Assembly (NCBI GenBank): GCA_002269645.1
Contig: NIVC01000692.1
Location: 309,950 to 373,949, forward strand
Length of the DNA stretch: 64,000 nt
Direction of reading: 5' to 3'
Source: Macrostomum lignano
Lineage: Eukaryota
Part shown: one piece after another, positions 23,194 through 37,800 of the stretch
Layout of the letters: every line of letters starts with the position of its first letter
How positions within the stretch are numbered: the first letter of the stretch is position 1
Translations under genes and position numbers: made by a program
The notes under the pieces: model-generated
Databases searched by the model: none
Seen by the model: the letters and a program-made list of their open reading frames with translations, nothing else
What the model was told of the DNA's origin: nothing

Positions 23194-26072
23194 TCCTATA
23201 TACTAAAAATGAGTTGTCTGTATGTGGGTAGGTATGCGATAGATTTCAGAAAAAATGGCTCAACCGATTTTCTTCAAACTTGCACCATTCGATCAGAAAT
23301 TTTCCTGGGACGGTACATGCATCTTGGCTAAGAAATTGCTCAATTTTAAAGGGATTAAATATTCGAAAAACATGCTTTTTTGCAAAGGTCAAGCAGCTCT
23401 TTCGACCTGAAATGCATTGTAAAAATGCTAGAGAAAAAACTGACTGACTGAATTCCAATTGTGATAAAGATTACATCACAACCAGTTGAAAACAGTGCCA
23501 AACAAATGCATACAAAACTTGATTTAAATTGCGTAACAATATTGCTAACTTAAATTAAGACTGATACTGGCTGACTGAGAAATTGATTATGTCATAAATT
23601 TTTACTCTAACCGACTTGCTGTAAGAATTGAATTATAAGGGCCACAATTCATGTGCTCCAATTGAAAAAAAGATAGCCTAGATGCGAACAGACTGGACTG
23701 CTAATGTAGCGAATCTTGGTAGCGCAAAATGATTTTTTTATTAAAACACCTTAAAAACAAAAAACTGCTAAACATAAAAGAAGCGCAATGTCAAACATAC
23801 AAGAGCCACCATGTCAAACATAAAAGAGCCACCATTTCGAACAAAAAAAGAGTTACCATTAAGAACATTAAAGAGCCACCATGTCGAACATTAAAGAGCC
23901 ACCTTATCAAACATTAAAGAGCCACCATGTTGAACATTAAAGAGCCACCATGTCGAAACATTAAAGAGCCACCATGTCAAACATAAAACAGACACCATTA
24001 AGAACATTAAAGAGCCACCATGTCGAACATTAAAAAGCCACCATGTCAAACATTAAAGAGCCAACATTTCAAACCTAAAAGAGCCACCATGTCGAACATT
24101 AAAGAGCCACCTTATCAAACATGAAAGAGCCACCATGTCGAACATAAAAGATCTACCATGTAGAACATAAAAGAGTCACCATGTCAAACATTAAAGAGCC
24201 ACCATGTAAAACATTAAAGAGCCACCATGTCAAACATAAAAGAGCCACCATTTCGAACAACAAAAAAGAGTTACCATTAAGAACATTAAAGAGCCACCAT
24301 GTCGAACATTAAAAAGCCACCATGTCAAACATAAAACAGACACCATTAAGAACATTAAAGAGCCACCATGTCGAAACATTAAAGAGCCACCATGTCAAAC
24401 ATAAAACAGACACCATTAAGAACATTAAAGAGTCACCATGTCGAACATTAAAAAGCCACCATGTCGAACATTAAAGAGCCACCTTATCAAACATTAAAGA
24501 GCCACCATGTCGAACATAAAAGATCTACCATGTAGAACATAAAAGAATCACCATGTCAAACATTAAAGAGCCACCATGTAAAACATTAAAGAGCCACTAT
24601 GTCGAACATAAAAGAGGTACCATGTCAAACATTGAAGAGCCACCATGTCGAACATAAAAGGGCCACCATGTCAAATATTAAAGAGCCACCATGTAAAACA
24701 TTAAAGAGCCACCAGGTCAAACATAAAAGTGCCACCATGTCAAACATTAAAGAGCCAGCATGTCAAACACTAAAGAGCCAGCATGTCAAACATAAAAGAG
24801 CCACCATGTCGAACATTATTGAGCCACCATGTCAACCATAAAAGAACCACCACGTCAAGCATATACATTACTCCATGTCAAACATAAAAGAGCCACCATG
24901 TCAAACATAAAAGAGCCACCATATCAAACATTAAAGAGCCACAATGTCAAAAATTAAAGAGCCACCATGTCGAAGATTAAAGTGCTACCATGTCAAACAT
25001 AGAAGAGCCACCATGTCAAACATTAAAGAGCCACAATGTCAAACACAAAAGAGCCACCATTGTCAAACATAGAAGAGACACCATGTCGAACAACTGAGCC
25101 ACCATGTCAAACATAACAGAGACACCATGTCAAACATTAAAGAGCCACCATGTCAAACATTAAAGAACCACGATGTCAATCATTAAAGAGCCACTATGTC
25201 AAACACATACGTGACTTCATGTCAAACATTAAAGAGCTACCATGTCAAACATAGAAGAGCCACCATGTCAAACATAGAAGAGACACCATGTGTCCATGTC
25301 AAACATAGAAGAGCCACCATGTCAAACATAAAAAGAAGTGTCATGCCAAACAAAATGGAGCCACTATAAAGCTAAGGAAATTATTGCACTAGCTACTTGA
25401 TGTCTGGTGGATGCTTGCTATTTAAGGATGGATACTTGCTATCAGGGGGATGCTTGCTATCTGAGTGATGCTTGCTATTGGGGGGAGGGATGCTTGCTAT
25501 CGGAAGAATGCTTGCTATTTGGGGTAACTTGCTATTGGGGGATGCTTGCTCTTGGGGAGTGGAGGGTACTTGCTATCTGAGAGGGGGTAGCTAGCTATCT
25601 ATAAGGATTCTTTGTATCCAGGGATGCTTGCTATCTGGGGGATGGTTGCATGCTGTCTGGGGATGCTTGCTATCTGGGCGATTCTTGCTATCTGGGAGAT
25701 GCTTGCTATCTGGGGGATGCTTGCATGCTGTCTGGGGATGCTTGCTATCTGGGGGATTCTTGCTATCTGGGGGATGCTTGCGTGCTGTCTGGGGATGCTT
25801 GCTATCTGGGGGATTCGTGCTATCTGGGAGATGCTTGCATGCTGTCTGGGGATGCTTGCTATCTGGGGGATTCTTGCTATTTGGGGGATGCTTGCTATCT
25901 GGGAGATGCTTGCATGCTATCTGGGAGATGCTTGCATGCTGTCTGGGGATGTTTTCTTTACAGATGGAATGTCTGTTGTCTTTGTGAAAGCTTTATTTTG
26001 CTGTCTTTTTGTTACTTTTAGAGAACAGATATTCTATTTAGATGTCCCCCATCGGGGGGCGAAGATTGCTAG
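23194..26072 (+). mobile_element. Non-autonomous Helitron-like unit 3 (tandem copy of unit 2)
   Basis: Starts TCCTATATACTAAAAATGAG immediately after the CTAG of unit 2. Same head, 23-bp array (about 23770-25360) and 18-bp array (about 25430-25950). Ends with hairpin plus GAAGATTG-CTAG|T (26069-73). Confidence 0.8.
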
Positions 26073-28249
26073 TCAAGGGCTAAATAGAGAATCTAGTGCA
26101 TGATTGCAGGCCAGAGGAGGGAAGAGAGAAGAGAGTCTAGGAATAAACAAGAGACAAGCTAGAAAGATAGTGGAAAAGAAAGATAAGGGAATAAAAGTGA
26201 AAAGATTACAGATAAAAAGGATAGGAGAAAGGTGAAAAGAGAAGAAAAGAGAGAAGAAGAAAAGAGACTGAGAGGAGAAAGACTATGCAAGGACATCTTA
26301 AATAGAAGACATTTAAGGTGTCCCTAAGGACCCATGCTGTGGGACTGAGTCTAAGTCCTATACTATTCTGAGAATTGATGAATTAATGAACCACATTAAA
26401 GATAAGCATCCTTAGTAAATACTACATGTAGCTAGCAACATGTAATTCTAATAGTGTCTTTCTGTCTCTTCTTCTCTCTTTCTCTCTTTCTCCTTCTCTT
26501 TCTATGAAGAAAGTATTTGGGAATATTTAAAATATTAGCAACTGACATTTATTTAACTTTCTAATTTGTTTATCTTATTGTTTCTGTGTCTTTCTATGGA
26601 AAATAATTTCCTACTAGCCTATGGGAGTGTCTTTTTTGATAGGCAATAACAAATCTCATTGAAAGATCAGATAGGAGTCTAAAAAACCCTGATTGCCTAA
26701 CAATGGCATCATATAAAAAGTAAGACTGAGAAGCCCTCTGCCTTATTCTCCTTAATTCCTTGTTGTTGTTCTTCCTTGTTTGTCTTATTCTCCAATCTCT
26801 AGTTTCCAAAAGTTTCTATGCAGTATATTTACCTTAAGCAGTTAATATTATGAAAGAATGAACAATCAAATAATTACATAGGACCACAACTATTATTGGA
26901 AGGATTTTATTATTTCCTTGATTGTTTCATTCTCAGTGTTACACACAATCCATCAGTTGATTCATTATAGTTATTGACCAAAATGTTACTCCATATAGAC
27001 TTACAAATTATGTTGCCAAATTGTGTTAGTGTAATTTCTATTTGTAGTATACTTTACTAGATTTAAACTTCCAAGGGTTGTGATGAACAATGGAGCTCAA
27101 AATAAATTTTATCATAAGCAGATTATCTCTATAGTAGCCATTGTTGCACTGTTTGCACTTTTTGTTTGCCTCTATCTTAATGGCTAATAAGCTTTTGTTT
27201 GAGTATGACTTCAGATTTAAGAATGCATACAATAGGCCTAGTTCCAGTGATTAAAATTCAATAGGTTCAAAATCTATGATTTTAATAGTTTATATTCTTA
27301 TGAAACAAAGTACTTCAATTCTATTAAATGAATGATACATTTTCACTGCACATCAAATGAATTCGAATAATAGTTTTAGTACCCCTTTTAAATTGAATTT
27401 GTTAAATATATTAGTTTTTTAATATGAATATGAAAATCTCAATCAGGTCAATCAGCTCAAGAAAATTACTAGCCTAGTATCCAATGCAATGATACACATA
27501 TATTGCTATCAATAATATGAATTGTTTCATGTGGAGAAATTATAGATAAGACTTGAAGGACATACATAATGGTCTTTATACCATAGGAGCTAGAAATAGC
27601 CATTAGTAATTTAGGGGGTTAAAAGCCTCATAGGCAAATTAGAGCTGTGGCCACCTTAGACATGTGCCAAGGAAAAGAGAATTAAAAGCACAAGTTAAAT
27701 CAAACAGGTTTTTCTATGACTATGAATATGAGGCGCATGACCAAGATGGCCACATACCAAGATGGCCATAGCTCTAAGTGTCTAAATAGATAATAATAAG
27801 CCTAGGTCTATATATTTCACTTATTTCCTATTGGTAATTTAATTAGAGAAATAGATGCTAAAAAGATGCTATATTGGAATTGTATTATATTAGGCCCCTA
27901 TATTATAGTCATTCCTTTGGCTTTAGCTTTTATTATAGCTTGACCTATATATATATATACTTATATAGTAAATATATAAATAAACTACATAAATGAATAA
28001 ATATATAAATAAATAAATAAATATATATTTATTTATTCACTACACCAAGCAAGTAGCCTAATACAAAATAAATACCTTGCCTTGTATATTCATCTTAATT
28101 TTTGTATAGCATAACTAGTAGCAATGGTTTCTTAATAAACAGATAATGATAGATTTGATAGATGTAATGATAGGGAATAAATTGGCATAAACACTGAAAA
28201 AGATTAAATTTTTTGTATTATAGGTAATTAGTTTCAAATCTATTAGGCC

Positions 28250-28750
28250 TGTACAACGGGTGCGCTAAACTGAATTTTTAAGAAAGGATACGGAATTGTT
28301 GAATATCTATTCGTTTACGTTCAGAACCTAAAATGCAAAAAAACATTACAGCTTGGTAAAACTGCAGCAAAAATGGTGAAAATGCTACAACTGCAGCATT
28401 TTTATGGCTGTGGTTTTGTTAAACAAAACATATTTTCGACGAAAAGCTTGAAACTTTCAAATTGATTTAAATGACGCTTGACCGCGCAGTGGACTGTATT
28501 TTTTAGCGATTTTCTCATCCTGTTACTATTTCACATTGATTCTTAATAATTGGCTTTTAAATTTAAAATTATCTTTGAGATCTATATTTAGTGGTTCTCG
28601 ATCTACTGGTGGCTTAGGGCGCTACGTGTATAATAATACTCATATTTCTAGATTTGAATTGTCAGTAAGCAGTTAACTTATTTAAGGACTTAGACTTAGA
28701 CTAAGCCTAAGGTCTTGATTGTTAAGTAAACATAGGTAACCGCATGTTTA
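28250..28750 (+). promoter_or_regulatory. Candidate RP2 promoter/5' UTR (local CpG-retaining island)
   Basis: Cluster of CpGs (e.g. GACGCTTGACCGCGC) within otherwise CpG-poor DNA, 100-600 bp upstream of the RP2 ATG. Acceptor TTCAG lies 2 nt before the ATG. Confidence 0.4.
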
Positions 28751-28836
28751 GTGTTTTGTTTAATACTTTTGAGTTATTCAATTTTATTCAATAAATTCTG
28801 TTTAAAACAAACTGATCCAGTTTTAATAATTCAGAC

Positions 28837-31800
28837 ATGGGTTGCATGTGGTGCAAACTCAATGATAGTACTACTGGACAAGGAACTGAATCTACTAGAA
28901 AAAATGAATCTGCTCCAAAGTTTTCTTGGTAAGTTTCTAATAGGCCTTAAACACTAAAAAGTTGAGCAGTCTAAAGGACAAATATTAGGCCTATTTTTTT
29001 CTATTGCAAGTCTATGATATTTTTTCTTCTTTGAAAAAATAGGCCTAGGTCTAAACTAAGCCTAACTAAAGTCTAGCTAAAAATTAATTTAGACAAAACC
29101 AAACCTCAAATAATTTTCTTCAGCTAGGCCTATTGTCATTGACTATTTGTGGAAAGCCTATTTTATTATTTATTTTAGGCTATGCAAAAATTATAAAAAT
29201 TTAATTCACTTTTTATTTGTGTGAATCTAAGAAAACTTTTTGTTTAACTACCTATATTTTCCAAAATATTTTCCAAATTTAATTTTTGTTTCTAATAGTC
29301 AAGAAAAATAGTATAAATAGACATAATTTTAGAGCAAGAAAAGGCAACTAATCTTAATGGTTAGTTGTAAAATCTGCTAAGTGAGTCCTAAAGAAATATT
29401 TTAAGTAGTGATTTTCCAGAATGGAATTCTTGTACAAAAGTTGTTACGCGTTTGTGCGCGCTTGTCAAATTCGTGCGCGCTTGCGTGCTGAAATGGAGCC
29501 TACTTGCGCGCTCTTAAAGGTGTGTGCGTGCTCCATCGTATGCGCTTGCAAAGAAGCTGTTTGCCGCAGAATCACAGACAGGATTTGACTTTTACATGCA
29601 TTCAACATGTTTATGTGCCATGTAGTGTATGCGCGCTCAAGTTCTCCTATTTTTCATAGTCCGAAGGTTGTTTTTACGCCGGAAAATTTTAAACAAAAGT
29701 AAAACAAAGAATAATAGTTTTTAGCAAAAAAAGTAACTTTAAAGTTTAGTGAAACTCTTATCATTTTTAAAAAATATTTTCTCCAAACAATTATAGTGTT
29801 CAAGATACTTTACACTTAAAGTACAACTTTCTAATTTACGTCGGCGTAAGAATTGAAAAACTAGAAAATTCATTTTTAGCCATGATCTGCATTATTACTT
29901 TTTACAGCTGGCGTGCGCGCTTGACGCTGCTCCAAAAACGTGCGCGCGCGTTTTCCTACCCCCGAGCAAGAATTCCATCCTGGGTGATTTTCTAAGTTAA
30001 TTCATTTTATAACAAAGTGAAATAGTGCAAACAGTATATACTATTGAAAAATAGAATGGAAAAAGAAATATGAAATAGATCTCCAAATATATAAAGGCTG
30101 TGACCCTCTGATCTTAGTAATGCCTGGGACTAGAAAGATTATATATACAATATAAACTAATAGTAATATACTGTTTAGGCTGAATTTGCATGTAATGCTA
30201 CCAGAATAGCAATAAGAATGTTACTAGAATAACAATAAGAATGCTACTAATATAGAGTAAAAATATTACTAATATAAAGTATAACTAATACTCAAAATAG
30301 TACTTAGATAAATGCTGATACTTATACTAGTAATGTCTCAGACTAATACTAAGACATATACTTAGATAATTATTTAGACTGTTAACACAACAAGCAAAAA
30401 TAAAATTGTTTACAGTTATTCACAAGTGGGGTTGCAGAGAGCTGGTTAAGGATGATAGTAGATATTGAAAAAGGGTCCCTTAAAATGTAATGGTTAAAAA
30501 ATTCTAAGAAGAGAGATAGAAGTCGCCCCTATTATAACTTTGTAATAGCAGTGACATTATCATTAAAGACAGGAGTTTAGCCTTGTCACAACTTGGTGGC
30601 AGCAGTAAGATAGTTCTTAAAAGATAGAACAGTCAGCCCATTCATATATTATGTCTTTTTGGTTTCTATTTATAAAAATGAATATTTAATAATTCAACCA
30701 AGTATTAAATTATTATAGACTTAATCAAAACAGTCTAAGCATTTTATTCAATTAAATATTAAATGCTTTCATTTTCTAATATAAATCATAGGCTAATCAG
30801 TATAAATTATAATATAATAAATGTTTCAAAAAATTGCTTAGTTGATTATTATTGAATATTTGCAGGGGTATTAGAACTCCCTATTGCAGCCAAGGTCTGA
30901 ACCGCGCCGGACGCCCCCCTTTCCCACGCCAGACATCTACCCGTACCGCGCCAGGGCCAGTCCCCAGGATCAGTAATTTGGTTCAATTCTTCCCTCTGTG
31001 CCCCTCCCCACATGTGCCCCGCACCCTTCTCCCATGCTGCCGCGCGCCGCCGCCACACGCCACGCCACTGCGCGCCGCGCCGTCGCCAGGCCAATCCGCG
31101 CCAGACGCCGTCCACGAAAATGGCCATTGGCTGCAATAGGGTTAGAACTAAGAGAGTGACATAGGGGGGCTTGGGCTAGAGCAGCTCCCTCCTAGCTTTC
31201 AGCATTATTCTACAAATGCCCTTTTTGAATTTTTGAAGTTTTGGGGTTTTGGGCTTTGGCTTTTCTTAGTCTTGGGAGCTATAAGTACAAGCTAAAGCAA
31301 TAAGGCATTATTGCTTTTTAAAGTACTCTTCAGCAGATTTGATACAAATTTTCATGCGCTCAAACCACTTGCTAAAGCAGCTGATCCAATCTGAAGCAGG
31401 CACCCCCTCCATATGCCAGATGAAAGCCTCTACTGCAGCTTTTGGTAATCTATAGCAGATTCCATGTATCCTGCGCTTGATTTGTGGAAACAAAAAAAGT
31501 TGCAGGGGGCCAGGTTGTGGCTGTAAAGTGGATGACCGAGCTCTTGAATGCACTCTCTAGCCAGTAACTCCACCACCTGTCGAGCCTTATAGGCCAGGGT
31601 GTTGTTGTGATGGAGAAGGTGCCCCAAGCTTGAGTCCATGGGTGATGCTTGGAGAGAGTGCTCAGCACTTCTGGCAGGCAAATGTTGGCTACCAGTTACT
31701 AGTGACTATGCCCTGCTGCATGAGTGGAACTGTGGCTAGATGACCTGTTTTTGCCACAAAAATGACCACTATCTGCTTTGCCATGCTGCGCTCTTGCCAA

Positions 31801-34800
31801 AGCTTGGATGGTAGAGTGCCACCAACTGGAGTCCACTGGGATGACTGCTAATTAGTCTCCGAGTCAAAACTATAGATCCAGGACTCATCACCATCACTCT
31901 TCACAATATCCCAGATTGAGTTTGAGCTGCCTCTGTTGAATCTATTGAGCATGGTGCGGCACCAGGTCACCCGAGCCTCCTGCTCCTGAGTTAGCTGATA
32001 AGGCACCCAGTGTGCAGGAATCTTGCTCAGGTTTGGCTGTGAATTCATGCAGAATTGTCCTGATGGATCCTGATGAGATGCCTACCTCTGCCTCTATCTG
32101 GGCCTCAGTCACTTGGGCATTATCCTCAACCATGGCCTAGACAGCAGGAACATTATCCTTAGTTGTTGCAGAGACAGGCCAGCCTGTCTGCCACATCAAT
32201 TGAAATTTGACAAACCAGTCAAAAATGGTAGATCTAGATGGTGCTTCATCCCTAAAAGCTCCTTGCAATTGCTCAAGACTTTCTTGCTGCTACAAACCTC
32301 TTTTGAAATCATAATAAATCATTGCTCTAAAATGACTCCTATTGAGCTCCATTGTGAATTTGATAGATAAGGTGGGTATGCTAGCTTGGTTTGGATGCTG
32401 CACTGGCTATATATGACCAGTGTGTCTGAAACTTTACAAACATTGTACTTATATAATGTACTTGACACCTATGGTGTCAGATTTTGTCAGTCGCCTTTTA
32501 ACTATGCATATCCAGAAACTTATTGCTTAGTTCTTGTATAACTTGTGCTCCTTTCCTTAAGCAACAAGCCTTCCTTTCTTTTTTTCTCTGCCCTATCGTT
32601 GATTAGGCTTTGTCACCTTCAATGGGGTATGTGGACATTTAATAGTTTATGTTCTCAATTCCATTTCAATTTTTTTTTCTAATGTGCCTAGCCTAGTACT
32701 TTTAGTGTTTGCCCTTTAACTTTGGCCACTCTGATCAACATTTGAGTCTACCACAATCATTAGACTTAAGTTGCTATTGGTGTTACAACCAAAATTACTA
32801 AAATACTGTCAGCTAAAAAATTGAGATAGCACCAAGAGGAACCAAAGGAGGCAGCCAAGAGATCCAGAAAATTAACTGATTGATCTTGCCTAGGGAATAC
32901 AAAATCCCAAGTTTTGCCAATCCTCAAATTCTTAGGTTTGAGATATCTTGGACTTTGAAAATCCCTGAGATTCTTAGGATTGGGATATCCCTGACTTTGC
33001 CATTCCTAGGATCCCAATGAATTGGGCCAGGATCCCAGGATTAAAAAAATTTCTAATCTTTATTGGTCCAATTTTGTTTTATAAAGCCATCTAATCTGAT
33101 TTTAAAGGGCTTCTAATAATAAAGTAAAATATATTTTGCACAGAAGAAATTGACATCTCTAAATTGGAGTGTTGATATATAGGCTTGAGTAAAAGATATG
33201 CTTTTTAAATGGCAATATCAGTTTAGGAAAATCATACTTGATTATGATATAACCTGAGGAATGATAACTTATAGAGCTATGGCCCGAGGTACTGATACCA
33301 GGGTAGAAGAGAATCAGACCTCACTTTCCTAGGGGCACCCACCCTAAATGGAGAATTGGTAAATGGGTTGTAAGTGATCCAACAGCAAGGTCCCACTATT
33401 CTAATCCCAACTATTGCCAAGGAGTTTTGAATTGAAAGTAGGGACTACTTAAAGTATCTGCTTCCACCCCTATGCTAGGCATCCAAAGGGTGTCCTGCCA
33501 ATGCTATAAATGATGTCTTTTGCATAGAGAGTTTTTGATCTATGCAAGGTTAAGACTCCCCGACTTTAGCTAGGTTTGAGATAGAAGGAACCCACTAGGA
33601 TTCAACTCCGACATTTTGCAAACTGTCAGTGTAATTTCAGTCCAATTTTTACACAATTTTCAATGATTTTCATAATCAAATCAAAATATGCCCAAATTTT
33701 CTCTGAATTTTGCTTGTTTGTTAGGTCAATGAAATATAGACAAAATTCTGAGTTGTTTTGGCTTGATTTTCCACCAACATTTCCCCAATTTTCACCCAAA
33801 TTTGTCTGTAAAATGTCAGTTGAAGTTCGGTGCAGTGTTGGCATGGTTTTTCACTGACATTTCTCCGATTTTCACTTAAATTTGTCTGTAAAAAGTCAGT
33901 TGAAGTTTGGTGCAGTGTTGGGACACAGTATAAGAGACGCCCAGTACGGGCACAGTATGGGCTTTTTGCCATTATTTAGCCACTGGAGCCAGGCCCCTCA
34001 AAGCCCACTGACCAGCCCACTGGTCAGCCCACTTTAATTAGTAAGCCCACTGTTTATTCCAGCGCATATTCAAATGGATGACAACAATTAAAAGTGACTC
34101 CATTGTGGTATATACTGAAGACCTCTATCAGAGCCTTTGCCACTAATGTTGCTCATACAGAACAAAACTATTCTGTAATATGTACTATGCTATGTACTGT
34201 ATTATTATTAGTTAAAATATATTATTAAAGACAGACAGTTTCTACATTAATTTCATTTCATTTACAAAGCAGATTATCATGCAAACTTATATACAGTACT
34301 TGTTTTGCAGCAAAACTTAATTAATTGGGCGTAGCACTTTGCCCAACCACACTAACTGTATGCATACACCAACTGTATGCATTAATATCTGACCTTTAGT
34401 GTCAAGCGATAGTCATGTAGCAGTTGGTCCGACTTGTGCAGATGAATGTTGGTGAAAATTGGATGGTCATACATTGTCATATTTACACATATATTAAACA
34501 CAGTTGAAAAATAGAGTTATATCGGGTGAAAGTCAGAGCAGTCGTTACATTTTTTAAGGAAATCAATGAGTTGTCTACTTTTTCGGTCTGACTTTAGTCT
34601 TTTAGTCTGACAAAAACTGAAGAAAATCATACAAAGATAAATGTTGGTCCAATTTTCATACATTCTTACCTATTTCCGTCTGTCAAAAATTGAGCCAACT
34701 GTACCAACTTTCCAACAAGATGAGAATCGTGTGTAAAACAAAACAATTTTCCTTACTTTTGAGTCAGTTCGTTTAAAGTTGAAAGTTGGAGTTGAGTCCC

Positions 34801-37800
34801 AGCAGGAAAGTTCAGATGAACAATGATTTTAATCCTGTCTGACAAGCAACAGTGCTATGATTGGAAACAATGAAGAACTAGCTTCTATTGTTTTAGGCTC
34901 TGTTCACAGGTTTTAGAATAATAATAGTATCATATACATACAGTTGCATATCTATATTATACCTAAATCTCTTTAAAATCTGCCAATGGCTTCAGTTTTG
35001 TATCCCTGTATAGCCCTAGCCTTCTCAATAGCCTGCATGCTTAAAAATAAATAAATCAAAGCAGGACAATTGGATTATGATTTTCTGTTGACTAGTGGCT
35101 TAGCTATAGATACTATTACTCAAAAATAAATGATCAAATTATTGCAAAGTCAGATTGGGATTGCAATGGTCAATCTTGGGATTATCAAACCCCAGAAAAT
35201 TGTGATCCCAGGATTAAATTCTGGGATGTAGGCCTAATCAAGTTGCACAATATTTGAATCAGTTGAAAATTTAAGCATTACCAGACTTTTGGCCACTTCC
35301 AACACAAAATAAATATTGGCTTGGTTGTCACAATGTCAAAAACTGATATAACATCAGGAGTTGAGTGCCCCTTATATTACAAAAATTTATATACGGGTTA
35401 TTCCACGATAGGGTCATCAAAGGTATAGAAATTTTTTTAAAAATTATTTGCAAATGTGAATGTTTCATTTTGCATATAATTATATATAGTTTCATTTTTA
35501 TGTAGTTTCATACACATTTATCTACCTCTAGGTATATATATATATTGTTTTGATCATGGTACCCTTGCAAGATTTTAAATGTCCCGTGGGACATTATAAA
35601 AAGTTTAATCTAGTTTTCAATAAGAAAAAAACTTAATAAACATAATGCATCAAGTGCATAAATAAAAAAAATCTTTCTTTCTTATATCTAAAGACTGAAA
35701 TTATAAAGTTTTATGATCTAATATAGTTCTATCTATCATAATTTTTTATTTTAAAAAGTTTGACTTCCTTTTTTAAGTGTTAAAAACGACCATCATTTTT
35801 TTTACAAAAAGTTGTTGTACTAATTTTCAAGAGGTTTATAAGTTGATAATTTTTTGCTAAAATATTTTCTGAGCCTATATTTAAGTTTATAGTCATTTTT
35901 GTTAGTTTATGATAAGTGTAACATGCTAAAAAAACCCTGCAAAGTTACCTAATGACCATCATTTTCTGGTATTCTGAAATCTGTTGATCTTCATAAAACC
36001 TGAATTACTATCATTTATTCCTAAATTTTATACAAAAAACTGAATTTACTGATATTCTAAAATCATGTCCTTTTTTAAATGTGAATTACTTATTCAATTT
36101 CTCTTTCAAAGTTTTTACAGTTTTGATTGTAAAGAAAAATATAGTGGAATTCAAGTCTTTTATTAAAAATGTATACTGTCAATTACTTGTTTGATACCTT
36201 AAAATCATTTTCAACCTGCACTATTAAAAAGGTTGTTCCAATTACTAACCATGCACCTAGAACTCTCCACTTTAGTTTGCAATGCACCTTAACACATGCC
36301 CCAATCTTCAGTATAAGTAGTCTAACTAGACTCAAGTTTTTACTATCCATTGGTGCTACTGCTTATTGCCTAACAAATAATCTGTATTTGCCTTTGGTTT
36401 TGTTAATTGTTATATTCTATTCTTTGAATTCTTGAATAGATTAGGACTGTCCATCTTTATGATCATATGTTGAGTTGTGCAATCATGAAGTGATATTTTT
36501 GTTGAAGGTGCATAAGTACGTTTGATCTGAAATGTGAAACAGGTATAATAAATTTTATGGTTAGACAAGCAAGTTATAGTTTTTATATGAACAACTATGG
36601 ATTATAAACAATCTTTTAACCAAGATTGTATCTAAAAATAGAGCATCCTAATACACTTTTTAAAACTGAAGGTCGTTTTTTGAAACAAACGACCGTCAGT
36701 CAACGACCGTCATTTAAGAAAAAATGTGCAACACAGTTAAAGTTATCTACTAAAATGTAATAATTGTTTGTAATCATTCATCTAGCTATTGTTTACTACA
36801 ATTAATGATCAATTGAGACAAAAACTTGCCTGATTCGCAGGAATCTTAAACTTAAGTTATAAAGTTGGATACATAAACTTTCACCAAAAACGACCGTCAT
36901 CGAAAGTTTCTCTTTGCTAAATCAACACAGTAAGACAAATGACTTTAAAATGTATCTCATCTCAATCTAGAGGTCACGCCCATAAATATAGAACTCAAAA
37001 AGTCTCAATTTAGTTTGTCTTTTGTATGATTACTGATTATTATTTGCTCCAACCCAACGACCGTCATCTCGTGGAATTACCCAGTTTATGTTCTCAATCC
37101 CATTTCAATTTTTTTTTCTAATGTGCCTAGCCTAGTACTTTTAGTGTTTGCCCTTTAACTTTGGCCACTCTGATCAACATTTGAGTCTACCACAATCATT
37201 AGACTTAAGTTGCTATTGGTGTTACAACCAAAATTACTAAAATACCGTCAGCTAAAAAATTGAGATAGCACCAAGAAGAACCAAAGGAGGCAGCCAAGAG
37301 ATCCAGAAAATTAACTGATTGATCTTGCCTAGGGAATACAAAATCCCAAATTTTGCCAATCCTCAAATTCTTAGGTTTGAGATATCTTGGACTTTGAAAA
37401 TCCCTGAGATTCTTAGGATTGGGATATCCCTGACTTTGCCATTCCTAGGATCCCAATGAATTGGGCCAGGATCCCAGGATTAAAAAAATTTCTAATCTTT
37501 ATTGGTCCAATTTTGTTTTATAAAGCCATCTAATCTGATTTTAAAGGGCTTCTAATAATAAAGTAAAATATATTTTGCACAGAAGAAATTGACATCTCTA
37601 AATTGGAGTGTTGATATATAGGCTTGAGTAAAAGACATGCTTTTTAAATGGCAATATCAGTTTAGGAAAATCACACTTGATTATGATATAACCTGAGGAA
37701 TGATAGCTTAATAGAGCTATGGCCCGAGGTACTGATACCAGGGTAGAAGAGGATCAGACCTCACTTTCCTAGGGGCAACCACCCTAAATGGAGAATTGGT

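Noticed and set aside
20285-26050. Regularly spaced repeats as a possible CRISPR array
   Set aside because: Units are contiguous with no unique spacers; eukaryotic context; no cas genes.
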